Made by a program: the position numbers and the translations under genes. A stretch of DNA of 64,000 nucleotides from a virus (lineage: Duplodnaviria; Caudoviricetes): positions 32,001 to 96,000 of IMG/VR virus record IMGVR_UViG_3300028886_000003; one strand, given 5' to 3'. This document shows, piece by piece, positions 39,803 through 48,572 of the stretch (position 1 is the stretch's first letter; each line of letters begins with the position of its first letter). A model generated the notes under the pieces. It had not been told where the DNA came from. It was given only the letters and a program-made list of their open reading frames with translations, and searched no databases.

Positions 39803-41237
39803 TTAATGACACCTCCTTGTCATAAAAGCTATTTAAAATATATTTAATTACATTTACTGTAAAAGCATTTCCCATACATTTATATCTTTGTGCATCAGAT
39901 ATTTCTTTACCATCAGCACCTATTTTTGTCCAATCATCAGGAAAAGCTTGTAAACGTTCAACTTCTACTGGAATTAACCTTCTAACTTTGAAATTATCAT
40001 CTATAGTGCCCCAATTACCTGAACATGTTAAAGCACCGATGCCTTTTGATTGTGTCCTACCCCTACCTGTAGCAGAACCAGGATGATCTAAACGTACACC
40101 ATCACCAGGATAAACTTCATCATATCCTTTTTTAGTAGCAGTTGCAATTTTTAATGACTTAGGAACTTTATATAATCCAGTTTTTGCTCCCCATCCACCA
40201 CCAAGTGCTGATTGAGTACAACTTACACCATTAGGATCTAAAATTCTTGTACCCTGTGATGATTCAGTATTAACTTTGTGCATTTCTATTTCTTGTATAA
40301 GAATATCACCACTTGCTGTAATTGTTGGAGAAATTCCTGTATCTTTATATGCTCTTTTACTTTGATCAAATACTCCTTCACGAATTTCGAATTCAGTTAA
40401 TGATTTATCAAATTCAGTTGTGTGAATATCTAATAATTCTTTTAATTTGTACCAAATTTCAGGTGTTGGAATTGCAAAACTATTATCTCTTCTGAAATAA
40501 TGTGCAGCCTGTGTAGATGGAACACCTAATTTTTCTGCAATTTGTTCGATGGTATAAGGAGATGATCTTTTCTTTTCATATATCTCCTGTTGCAAACCTT
40601 TAATATCAACTTGATGAACCCTTGCTTTAATTTTACGATTAATAATTTCACGTTGCATACGCACATCATGATCAACATCAGTTCCCATTATCAAATCTGC
40701 TGATGTAAGAGAAATATCAGGTAATTCACCATATTCTTTCAATACCCCTCTAATATATATTCTCTCACGATTCTGAGGGACACCAAAATCCTTACTGTTT
40801 AAAACATCCCAACGAACTTGGTAACCTAATTCTAATAAATTATTAATAATAACTCTAAAAGTATTACCTTTGTCGTGTGATATAAGATTTTTAACATTTT
40901 CTAATAGAAAATATCTTGGCTTTTTTTCTTTTAATATTCTAGCAATATCAAAAAATATAGTACCCCTTGTGTCATTAAAACCTTTTTGTTTACCTGCTAA
41001 AGAAAAGGCTTGACAAGGGAATCCTGCAATTAACATATCAAAATCTTCTAATTCTTTTGCATTAATTTGAGTTAAATCACCTAAATTTTTATGATCAGGA
41101 AAATGTAACTGATAAATATTATCAGCATATTTATCAATTTCTGAATAACCTATTAATTCATAATTAAATTCAGAATAATCTAATGCTAATTCTGCTCCAC
41201 CAACACCACTACAAAGTGATAATACTTTAAGCACCAT
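39780..41237 (-). CDS. dcm: DNA (cytosine-5) methyltransferase with enlarged TRD region and HTH insertion
   Basis: LCSGVGG, GFPCQ, ENV, QNRER; IEQIAEKLGV...HYF HTH; ERLQ.FP, GNAF. Confidence 0.9.
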   Translation of the reverse strand: MVLKVLSLCSGVGGAELALDYSEFNYELIGYSEIDKYADNIYQLHFPDHKNLGDLTQINAKELEDFDMLIAGFPCQAFSLAGKQKGFNDTRGTIFFDIARILKEKKPRYFLLENVKNLISHDKGNTFRVIINNLLELGYQVRWDVLNSKDFGVPQNRERIYIRGVLKEYGELPDISLTSADLIMGTDVDHDVRMQREIINRKIKARVHQVDIKGLQQEIYEKKRSSPYTIEQIAEKLGVPSTQAAHYFRRDNSFAIPTPEIWYKLKELLDIHTTEFDKSLTEFEIREGVFDQSKRAYKDTGISPTITASGDILIQEIEMHKVNTESSQGTRILDPNGVSCTQSALGGGWGAKTGLYKVPKSLKIATATKKGYDEVYPGDGVRLDHPGSATGRGRTQSKGIGALTCSGNWGTIDDNFKVRRLIPVEVERLQAFPDDWTKIGADGKEISDAQRYKCMGNAFTVNVIKYILNSFYDKEVSLNDNGENN

Positions 41238-41511
41238 TTTTATGCCTCATTAATTTTTCCACTTGTTCATCTGTTAAATAATATTTATCATCTACATCAT
41301 CTTCCATAATATCAGCAAGAATTGACACAGAATTAGATATTTTATTTTTCTTTCTTACAATAAAATAACCTTCTTTTGTACTATATCCTCTGACTGGACT
41401 AAAACCTAATGTTTTACGATTAACATATTCAATAGAAGTACATAAAAATTCATCTTCACAAACATATACTCCATCTTTTTTCTTTTTCCATTCTTTACCA
41501 TTATATTCCAT
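41227..41511 (-). CDS. Small methyltransferase-associated protein
   Basis: C-terminal LADIMEDDVDDKYYLT resembles a segment normally inside C5-MTases. Confidence 0.5.
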   Translation of the reverse strand: MEYNGKEWKKKKDGVYVCEDEFLCTSIEYVNRKTLGFSPVRGYSTKEGYFIVRKKNKISNSVSILADIMEDDVDDKYYLTDEQVEKLMRHKNGA

Positions 41512-41519
41512 TTGACCAC

Positions 41520-43262
41520 CTATTCTTCATCTGTAACTGGTATATCATCGAATGCCCCAGCCCAAACTAAATTTTCTTTAATTCTTTTATTACATTTTCT
41601 TGGAGGAACTCTCGCACAAAAATCATCAAAACTAGTGAAATCACCATTAGCAGTTCTTTCTTCAATTATAGCTTCAGAAGATTTAACTGACATACTATCA
41701 ACCAAATCAAAACCCATATAAATATTATTATCATCTATATATGTATGTAATCTTGATTTATTAACGTTAGGATTACATAATTGTGCTTCAGAATCTTTAA
41801 TCATTTGTAATATTTCAACACGTTTTTCACTTTCATCTACATGTATTAACATTGCAACTGCAAATTCTAAAGGATAATATGTTTTCAACCAAGCTGATTG
41901 ATACCCCAAAGCTGCATATCCAACTGCGTGAGATCTGTTAAATGAATAATCTGATGATTTTTCCATGTTACTCCATAGTTCATTTGCTACTTTTTCATCA
42001 ACATTATTTTTCTTACAACCACTAAGAAAATCTTTTTTTGATTTGTCAAATTCTTGTTTTTTCTTCTTAGAAATTGCTCTACGCAAATGATCTGTTTCTA
42101 AATCAGACATCCCTGCTAATTCTCTTGCAACAGCCATAATATCTTCTTGAAAAATCATTAATCCTTGTGTTTTACCCAATATTGTTTTTAATCTTTCATC
42201 AAGGTAGACTGGTTTTTTTCTACCAAATTTATAATCAGCATATTGCTGGTCCATTCCATTGTTTCTAGCACCTGGTCTAATTAATGATATTGTTGCAACC
42301 ATTTCATTAAAATTAGATGGTTGAATTAAACTAACAGCTTGACGTCCAGCACCTTTTTCTAATTGAAATATTCCTAATGGATCTTTACAAATAGTTTCAA
42401 AAACTTTTGGATCATCAAAATCATATGGTAGTTTAACATTTGGATCATCAATAATTTTTAAGCAATCTCTTTGTATATCTAATACTTTAACTGATAATGT
42501 ATCATTTTTAAGAAAACCTTGGCTCTCACACTCAACACCTGTGTTTGCAATAATTGTATTGCCTTTTAATTTAATTACAGATGTATAATTCCATAATGGT
42601 TTATCGAATATAATAACAGCACCAGGATGTTTTCCATATGCTTTTAATAATCCAATCATATCTTCAAGATTATCTCTAACAAATGGATTTCTTTGCAAAA
42701 ATGCTTGAACAGCTTCATTATCTTTATAATCTTCATCATCCGCAAGTTGTAGTGTAATTTTATTAATTTCATCAAAATTACCACCACTCATTCTTGTAAG
42801 TGCTTTTAGTGCCATTTTAGGTGAATATGGTATACGTGTAGATACTTGTGCACAATATTCTTGCCCAAATTCATCAATAATAAGAGATATTACTTCATCT
42901 CTCATATCAGAACTTACATCTGTATCTATATCAGGTAATGATGTCATGGCTCTTGTTTCGTTTAAAAATCTAGCAAAAGATAAATCATGTTCTTTTGGTG
43001 GAATTTTTGTGATATTTAAACCATAACAAATTACAGAAGCTAAACATGATCCTCTTGCTGGACCTCTAAATATTCCTGCGTCATCTATAAGAGCACAAAT
43101 ATATGCTGTTTGCAAGAAGAAATCTTCTAATTTAGTTTTTTCAATAACTTTTAATTCTTCTTCTAATTGATTCTGATACCATTCATCATCATAAACACCT
43201 TTATGCTGCAAACCTTGTATTGCTAAATCTTTCATAAAAGCAAAATTATCTTGAACATTCAT
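41520..43262 (-). CDS. dnaE: DNA polymerase III alpha (family C), catalytic palm/fingers/HhH part
   Basis: GPARGS, FARFLN, PDIDTD, KHPGAV, K.D.L, GIFQ, RPG, IFQE, FNRSH..Y, LK.YYP. Confidence 0.92.
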   Translation of the reverse strand: MNVQDNFAFMKDLAIQGLQHKGVYDDEWYQNQLEEELKVIEKTKLEDFFLQTAYICALIDDAGIFRGPARGSCLASVICYGLNITKIPPKEHDLSFARFLNETRAMTSLPDIDTDVSSDMRDEVISLIIDEFGQEYCAQVSTRIPYSPKMALKALTRMSGGNFDEINKITLQLADDEDYKDNEAVQAFLQRNPFVRDNLEDMIGLLKAYGKHPGAVIIFDKPLWNYTSVIKLKGNTIIANTGVECESQGFLKNDTLSVKVLDIQRDCLKIIDDPNVKLPYDFDDPKVFETICKDPLGIFQLEKGAGRQAVSLIQPSNFNEMVATISLIRPGARNNGMDQQYADYKFGRKKPVYLDERLKTILGKTQGLMIFQEDIMAVARELAGMSDLETDHLRRAISKKKKQEFDKSKKDFLSGCKKNNVDEKVANELWSNMEKSSDYSFNRSHAVGYAALGYQSAWLKTYYPLEFAVAMLIHVDESEKRVEILQMIKDSEAQLCNPNVNKSRLHTYIDDNNIYMGFDLVDSMSVKSSEAIIEERTANGDFTSFDDFCARVPPRKCNKRIKENLVWAGAFDDIPVTDEE

Positions 43263-43263
43263 A

Positions 43264-44214
43264 TTACCTTCTCCTTGGTTCTTTTAAGAATATTTTTTTC
43301 AATTGCTGATGTTTTGTAAAAGTTGGTAATACTCTTTTTTTACCTATATTATTGATTGATGTAACATTACATTTGTCTGCAATTATTGATGTATTTTTAA
43401 TCATTGTATCAACCAATGGTAAATCTTCAAAACCTGATTGTTCAGCAAATTGTTTAACTAATTTAGATGTACCTAAGCAATTACTTGGTAAACTTGGTGT
43501 TACATCATTTTTTTGCTTATGAAACATATCTGCTTGTAAATGACGTCTAGTATTCCTATCACTAATAAAATGTGCATCTGTAGTGGCAACACAATATTTC
43601 ATATCAATATCAGAATATAAATCTAATAGTTTACTATTAATTGTTTTTTGTGGAGGATATGCTGGGTGGAATTGAAATTCTGCCGCAACATTTTCTTTTC
43701 CAAAAACATCTAAAAGTTTATTTAAGAATGGTTCAGCTTCATGAGGAAAATGATTTTTATTGTCTGGATTAAAACATTGACCTATTGTACCTAATGAACA
43801 AGCTGTAGATATAAATAAACCTTCAGGATTATCAAATAATATTGGATATGGTAATAATGGCCTACGATAAAAATATTTTGCAGTTGATAAATATTCTAAC
43901 TTGGATAAATTTTTAGCTCCTTCATCATCCTTTGCTAAAACAACAAGATGGTATCTATTGTTATCTTGTGGTTTATCGGTTGATGGTGTGCAATAAAATT
44001 CGCATCCAAAAATTGGCTTAACATTAGTGTCCTGCCCTAATAAAAAAAACTGACTCCAACCTACTATATTACCATGATCTGTAATTGCTACCGCTTTTTG
44101 ATTATTTTTTTGAACTTCATAAAATAATTCAGGGATTTTTATTGTTGCATCTCCTTGGCTATAATCCGTATGAAGATGCAAATTAACAAAATTATCTTTT
44201 TCCATATTAATCAC
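43264..44214 (-). CDS. dnaE: PHP domain of DNA polymerase III alpha (separate gene)
   Basis: LHLHTDYS..D, AITDHG, KPIFGCE, HLVVLAK, TACSLG, TDAHF. Confidence 0.9.
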   Translation of the reverse strand: MINMEKDNFVNLHLHTDYSQGDATIKIPELFYEVQKNNQKAVAITDHGNIVGWSQFFLLGQDTNVKPIFGCEFYCTPSTDKPQDNNRYHLVVLAKDDEGAKNLSKLEYLSTAKYFYRRPLLPYPILFDNPEGLFISTACSLGTIGQCFNPDNKNHFPHEAEPFLNKLLDVFGKENVAAEFQFHPAYPPQKTINSKLLDLYSDIDMKYCVATTDAHFISDRNTRRHLQADMFHKQKNDVTPSLPSNCLGTSKLVKQFAEQSGFEDLPLVDTMIKNTSIIADKCNVTSINNIGKKRVLPTFTKHQQLKKIFLKEPRRR

Positions 44215-44468
44215 TTTAAATCATATTGTGAAAAACCAATAAGAAAATTAGGTGGAATTGATAATATTCTTGAAGCCTCAGGGATCTCTATCATACATGG
44301 GGCTTCAGTAATATCGGTTTTATATAAAATACCATATCTACCTTCTTTTTCGTATTGGCAATTACGAGCTTGTACTTTACGAAGAATTAAAGTATCAGTG
44401 TTTTCTTCGTATGTAAGCATAATATTAGCTAGTCTATTTATCACCTTTCTCTTCCTCTTTTTTATCAT
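44211..44468 (-). CDS. Hypothetical protein
   Basis: ORF in replication operon. Confidence 0.45.
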   Translation of the reverse strand: MIKKRKRKVINRLANIMLTYEENTDTLILRKVQARNCQYEKEGRYGILYKTDITEAPCMIEIPEASRILSIPPNFLIGFSQYDLK

Positions 44469-45327
44469 TAGGGAATAATATTTGACTTAATTCAGATGGT
44501 GTAGATACTATATCTTGTGTTTTTAAATTTCTAGTTAAAAACACAAAACTCTTGCCTTCTGTTGTTAAATCAGATCTATTTTTCACAATTGTTGCAGTAT
44601 AATCATCAATATTATCTTTTTCAATTTTATCTAAAAGTATCCTTACTGAACACTCATCAATAAATCTTTGTTTAACATTTGCAAAATTATCAGGATCTTC
44701 ACATATTTCAGGAATAAAATCTTCATGAGATACAAAAATTACTGGAACTGGTAACAACATAAAAGGTGAAGAGGAATCTCTAAATGCTTTATTTCTAATT
44801 TTCCATAAATTAAAGCTTACACCATCTGCTACTCCAATATTTTCTTCTAATCTCATAAAAGCCTCACAGTATTCAAGTATGAAGCTAATACCATCAACAA
44901 TGACGCCTTTAATTTTCCTACCAGCATCTAATTCGTCTTGAATCACACTTGCAATAGTACCGATCATATAAATAGTTTCTTCTTCATCTCTAACTGTTGC
45001 ACTATCTTTTTCTCTTTCACGTGTAGGATTAGGGCTATATACAAAAATTTGATCACTATATTCACTAAAAATATCTGTTACAATTTCTAATCCTGAATGA
45101 TCAACATCAATATAGACAATTGATTCATCTTTTTTAAGATTTTCAGTTAATAATGCTAAAGATAATGAAGATTTTGCTGTATCATTTTTTCCTGAAATCA
45201 AAATTTTTTTATTAACTTTATCTTTCTCAATATTAAAAATCTCTTTTTTAATTTGATCTTTTAATGATGTTTTTGATTGCCTTGTTTTGCCTCCAGCATT
45301 TCCTTTAGGTTGGTTAAAACCTACCAT
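44434..45327 (-). CDS. AAA_24/RecA-like ATPase (Sak4-like recombination protein)
   Basis: Degenerate Walker A GKNDTAKS, YIDVD, Walker B VIVDG, FVSH, KNR. Confidence 0.7.
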   Translation of the reverse strand: MVGFNQPKGNAGGKTRQSKTSLKDQIKKEIFNIEKDKVNKKILISGKNDTAKSSLSLALLTENLKKDESIVYIDVDHSGLEIVTDIFSEYSDQIFVYSPNPTREREKDSATVRDEEETIYMIGTIASVIQDELDAGRKIKGVIVDGISFILEYCEAFMRLEENIGVADGVSFNLWKIRNKAFRDSSSPFMLLPVPVIFVSHEDFIPEICEDPDNFANVKQRFIDECSVRILLDKIEKDNIDDYTATIVKNRSDLTTEGKSFVFLTRNLKTQDIVSTPSELSQILFPNDKKEEEKGDK

Positions 45328-45429
45328 GTTTTTGCCTCCAATTGTTTTATAAAAAGTAATAAATTAACTCTACATCTACTATCTTGAATTTTATCTAAAT
45401 CAAGATATAATTGATCTATTAAACTCATT

Positions 45430-45654
45430 TTAGTTTTGCTCTCCTTCTGAGCTGTTTCCTTGTAAAACAAATGTTCTTTCGACAAGATCGTCCACCACTT
45501 TTTCCATCTCTTCCTCAATAATTGCTTTTGACACAAAATGGTCAACACGTTTATAATCAGCCTCTAATTTCATAATCCGAAGCTTTATATCTTCTGTTCT
45601 TTGTGAAAAAAGAGAAAAAGGATTATTAAGTAAATCCTTTTTATACTTCTTCAT
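45430..45654 (-). CDS. Hypothetical protein
   Basis: ORF in operon. Confidence 0.45.
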   Translation of the reverse strand: MKKYKKDLLNNPFSLFSQRTEDIKLRIMKLEADYKRVDHFVSKAIIEEEMEKVVDDLVERTFVLQGNSSEGEQN

Positions 45655-46750
45655 TATTATTATCTCCGAAAAATGCAGAAAGATCTACATCATCTTGGAC
45701 TTGTAAAAATCCACCTAAATGCCATCCAATCTTTTCTTCACCAGTAGTTTTGTCTTTATATTTATAAGATTGTAAACAAGCTATTCCAGTTGCACCTACA
45801 GAAATCGCAAGCCCTTTAATATGTGATGGGTGAAGATATGATGTAATAGTACTAACTTCATTTGTAGTATGATCAGTAAATTCAATTACCACACCAACGT
45901 TCTCATATATTGTTTTTGGTGTAGTTATATCTGATATTACACAAGGAATACAGCAGAAATCATATTGGTAATCTTTTGGATTTTTTATTGAAGAATGCTC
46001 AAAAGCAAAATCATATAAATCCATTTCTGTAGCTACTTGCTCTATTAATATTTTACCATTTTTATCAGTAAATGCTTTATTCCAATCATCTAAAATAATT
46101 GCTATTTCCTCTTCGGAATATGGTGCTTTATGAACTTCATCTATTGCACCGGCATTATACCACATCATTTTGTCCTTAGAATATTTGAAATTTTTTCTAG
46201 GACTTTTTCCAACCCTTGCAGATATTGCTCCATATTGGCAAACAGGAATAGTATCTTCAACTCTATCCTCACTAATAGCAAAATATTTTACTTTGATGGT
46301 TTCTTCACCATCTTTATTTTTTTCATAAAGATATCCTACTGCACCACCATTTGCTTTAGGGTCGAGGATTCTTTGACCTGTTTTAGCACCATAACGATAA
46401 ACTGGATTTCCTTCCTTGTCGACAAATTTCTTTTTATATGCTTCTTCTTGTCCAACTTTTGATAATTGATTCATTGAAGCATTGTATTGATCTCTGTCAA
46501 ATGCGAAATCACGAAAACGGAAAACTAACATACCATTTTCTGCATTTAACATATTTCTAGCTAACATTCTCATTGAACCACGAGCTCTTCTCAATGATCT
46601 TATGCGACGTGCATCATCGCTTTCAAAATCATCAGGATTAAGTTCTTGGTATATTTCTTCGGCTTTACGTTCTAACATTTCTGCTGAAAGATTATGATCT
46701 TCAGCAAATTTTTTATTTATCTCTATCTCATTATCAATTATAGAATTCAT
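45641..46750 (-). CDS. Putative single-stranded DNA-binding/replication protein
   Basis: First gene of replication operon near Sak4-like ATPase; acidic/aromatic tail DDVDLSAFFG. Confidence 0.35.
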   Translation of the reverse strand: MNSIIDNEIEINKKFAEDHNLSAEMLERKAEEIYQELNPDDFESDDARRIRSLRRARGSMRMLARNMLNAENGMLVFRFRDFAFDRDQYNASMNQLSKVGQEEAYKKKFVDKEGNPVYRYGAKTGQRILDPKANGGAVGYLYEKNKDGEETIKVKYFAISEDRVEDTIPVCQYGAISARVGKSPRKNFKYSKDKMMWYNAGAIDEVHKAPYSEEEIAIILDDWNKAFTDKNGKILIEQVATEMDLYDFAFEHSSIKNPKDYQYDFCCIPCVISDITTPKTIYENVGVVIEFTDHTTNEVSTITSYLHPSHIKGLAISVGATGIACLQSYKYKDKTTGEEKIGWHLGGFLQVQDDVDLSAFFGDNNNEEV

Positions 46751-46842
46751 AAATATCTTCTCCTATAGTTTGTAATAATATATCTAATCAATCTACTATA
46801 TAAATGTTACTATATATAGATTAGAAAAATAAAAAAATACAT

Positions 46843-47421
46843 ATGAACAGAAGAGAAAAAGATTTTGTTCAAAATTATCCTATTTTTGGATCAGGTACTG
46901 CAAAAAGATACAGATACACAAGAAAACAAAGAAAAGAATTAAAAGAGAAATATAAAAAAGAAGGAGTGTATTTATTGCCAAATAAAAAAATTGCTGAAAC
47001 AAGTATGCCTGCTAAAACAAGAAATAATGCAGATAGTTTTAGTGCATTACAATTCAGTATCGCATCTTTAGATCCATCTGACCAAGAACACATTCTTGAA
47101 ATGGTTAAACAAATGCCTGATGCTAATTTTTTACAAAATTATATTATAGCTGTGCAATGTAATAGATTAAATCTTGCACTAAAAAATGAAGATGATTTAG
47201 GTAAAATATTAGACTCAACAGAGGGTGTTATTGCAAACTTACAAGGTATGATTACAGCAAAACACACAATGGAAGAAGGGCAAGACCTTAATGTTAATAT
47301 TAATAATAGTATTACTGATTTAATGAAGGATGTGCAAAATAAAGAAAATAATGATAATGAAATTATTATTGATGTTGATAATGAAAAAAGCGTAAGTGAT
47401 TACTTACCAACTAAAAAATGA
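46843..47421 (+). CDS. Hypothetical helical protein (possibly terminase small subunit-like)
   Basis: Basic N-terminus, helical core, divergently transcribed. Confidence 0.3.
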   Translation: MNRREKDFVQNYPIFGSGTAKRYRYTRKQRKELKEKYKKEGVYLLPNKKIAETSMPAKTRNNADSFSALQFSIASLDPSDQEHILEMVKQMPDANFLQNYIIAVQCNRLNLALKNEDDLGKILDSTEGVIANLQGMITAKHTMEEGQDLNVNINNSITDLMKDVQNKENNDNEIIIDVDNEKSVSDYLPTKK

Positions 47422-47431
47422 GGCTTTTAAA

Positions 47432-47680
47432 ATGAGTGAAAAATTAACTGAAGAAGAAGTAATGGAACAAATAGAAAATTTAAATGCAGAATATGAACGT
47501 TTTTCTGAAACAACTGCAAAAGATATTCTTGATTTAATTATCAAAGAAGAATATCCCATATCAGTTGCATTAGGTGGACTATGTGCAACAATAGATAGTA
47601 TTATACAAGTTTATGATATGGAAGAGTTCAGAGAAAAATGTATAGATCTTATTGCACAAGATTTTCAAGAAGTAGAATAG
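47432..47680 (+). CDS. Hypothetical acidic protein
   Basis: ATG 47432 after GAGG. Confidence 0.5.
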   Translation: MSEKLTEEEVMEQIENLNAEYERFSETTAKDILDLIIKEEYPISVALGGLCATIDSIIQVYDMEEFREKCIDLIAQDFQEVE

Positions 47681-47772
47681 AAAAGTATATATAATATAAA
47701 AACATATATAATTATTGTACCATTAGTGCTATCTCATAGAATTCTCTTTTGGTGCACAAATCACCTTCTTGT

Positions 47773-47800
47773 AATTAAAGGGGTAACTCCCCTTTTAATT
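47773..47800. terminator. GC hairpin between convergent genes
   Basis: aaagggg-taact-ccccttt. Confidence 0.6.
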
Positions 47801-48004
47801 AACTATTTTTAATACCTGTTGTATTGTTTTTACAGATGATTCAGATACTTGATAGTTATTAAAAATCTTTTTTTTTCGTACAAAATAAGTATTATCAGTT
47901 TTAACAATAACAAAAGCAATATTATCATTTTTAAAATAAATAATTTGCTCATCAAAATCAATAAAATCTTCTTTTTTCATTTCACGCTTATATATAATTC
48001 TCAT
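47795..48004 (-). CDS. Hypothetical protein
   Basis: ORF track. Confidence 0.45.
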   Translation of the reverse strand: MRIIYKREMKKEDFIDFDEQIIYFKNDNIAFVIVKTDNTYFVRKKKIFNNYQVSESSVKTIQQVLKIVN

Positions 48005-48164
48005 AATAATCAGTATAAAAAATAAGCCCCGAATTGAATCCCCAGAAAAAATTACACCAACACATTATTATTGCTTTACCGCAAACGAGGCTTATTATAG
48101 TGTAATCTTGAAGTTAATAAGACTATATGTCTTTGCGGTTGCAAAGGAAGAATATATCTTCCAA

Positions 48165-48236
48165 TCCCAATTCTAGGAATCGAACCTAGCTATAATCGGT
48201 CTACAGCCGACCGCGTAACCACTACGCTAAATTGGG
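48165..48236 (-). tRNA. tRNA-Tyr (GTA)
   Basis: Cloverleaf CCCAATT/AATTGGG; arm GTCGG-CTGTAGA-CCGAT; GGTTCGATTCC. Confidence 0.9.
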
Positions 48237-48327
48237 AGTAAAACGGGCCGTGTTTTTTAAAAGCTTTGAGTCGGCCAGCGCTTTAATTATTTTATCATAT
48301 GAAGGGGTGCATGAATTAATTGCAACC

Positions 48328-48471
48328 CTATGAAACAATTGGTATAATAATATCACAATCGTCATTTCCTCTTGCTTGACATTGGTATTTTTTACAATAT
48401 CCAAAATTACTATCGTGCCTAATATAGTAAGGACATTTGTAGCATTTCATTTTTTTACCTTGATCAATCAT
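48328..48471 (-). CDS. Small Cys-rich protein (MIDQGKKMKCYKC...)
   Basis: CxxC...C...C pattern; upstream part of the called ORF overlaps tRNA-Gln. Confidence 0.4.
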   Translation of the reverse strand: MIDQGKKMKCYKCPYYIRHDSNFGYCKKYQCQARGNDDCDIIIPIVS

Positions 48472-48498
48472 AACAATCTCTCTTTTATTTATATATAA

Positions 48499-48570
48499 TA
48501 GCTCTGACAGGAGTCGAACCTGTGTCGGCGGGACCAAAACCCACTATGATTGCCACTACACCACAGAGCT
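48499..48570 (-). tRNA. tRNA-Gln (TTG)
   Basis: AGCTCTG/CAGAGCT; arm GTGGG-TTTTGGT-CCCGC; GGTTCGACTCC. Confidence 0.9.
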
Positions 48571-48572
48571 TA

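Noticed and set aside
30527-43262. Inteins in NrdD or DnaE
   Set aside because: Lengths are compact and no intein N- or C-terminal motifs were seen
48222-48537. ORF 48222..48404 and the N-terminal part of 48328..48537
   Set aside because: Overlap tRNA-Tyr and tRNA-Gln
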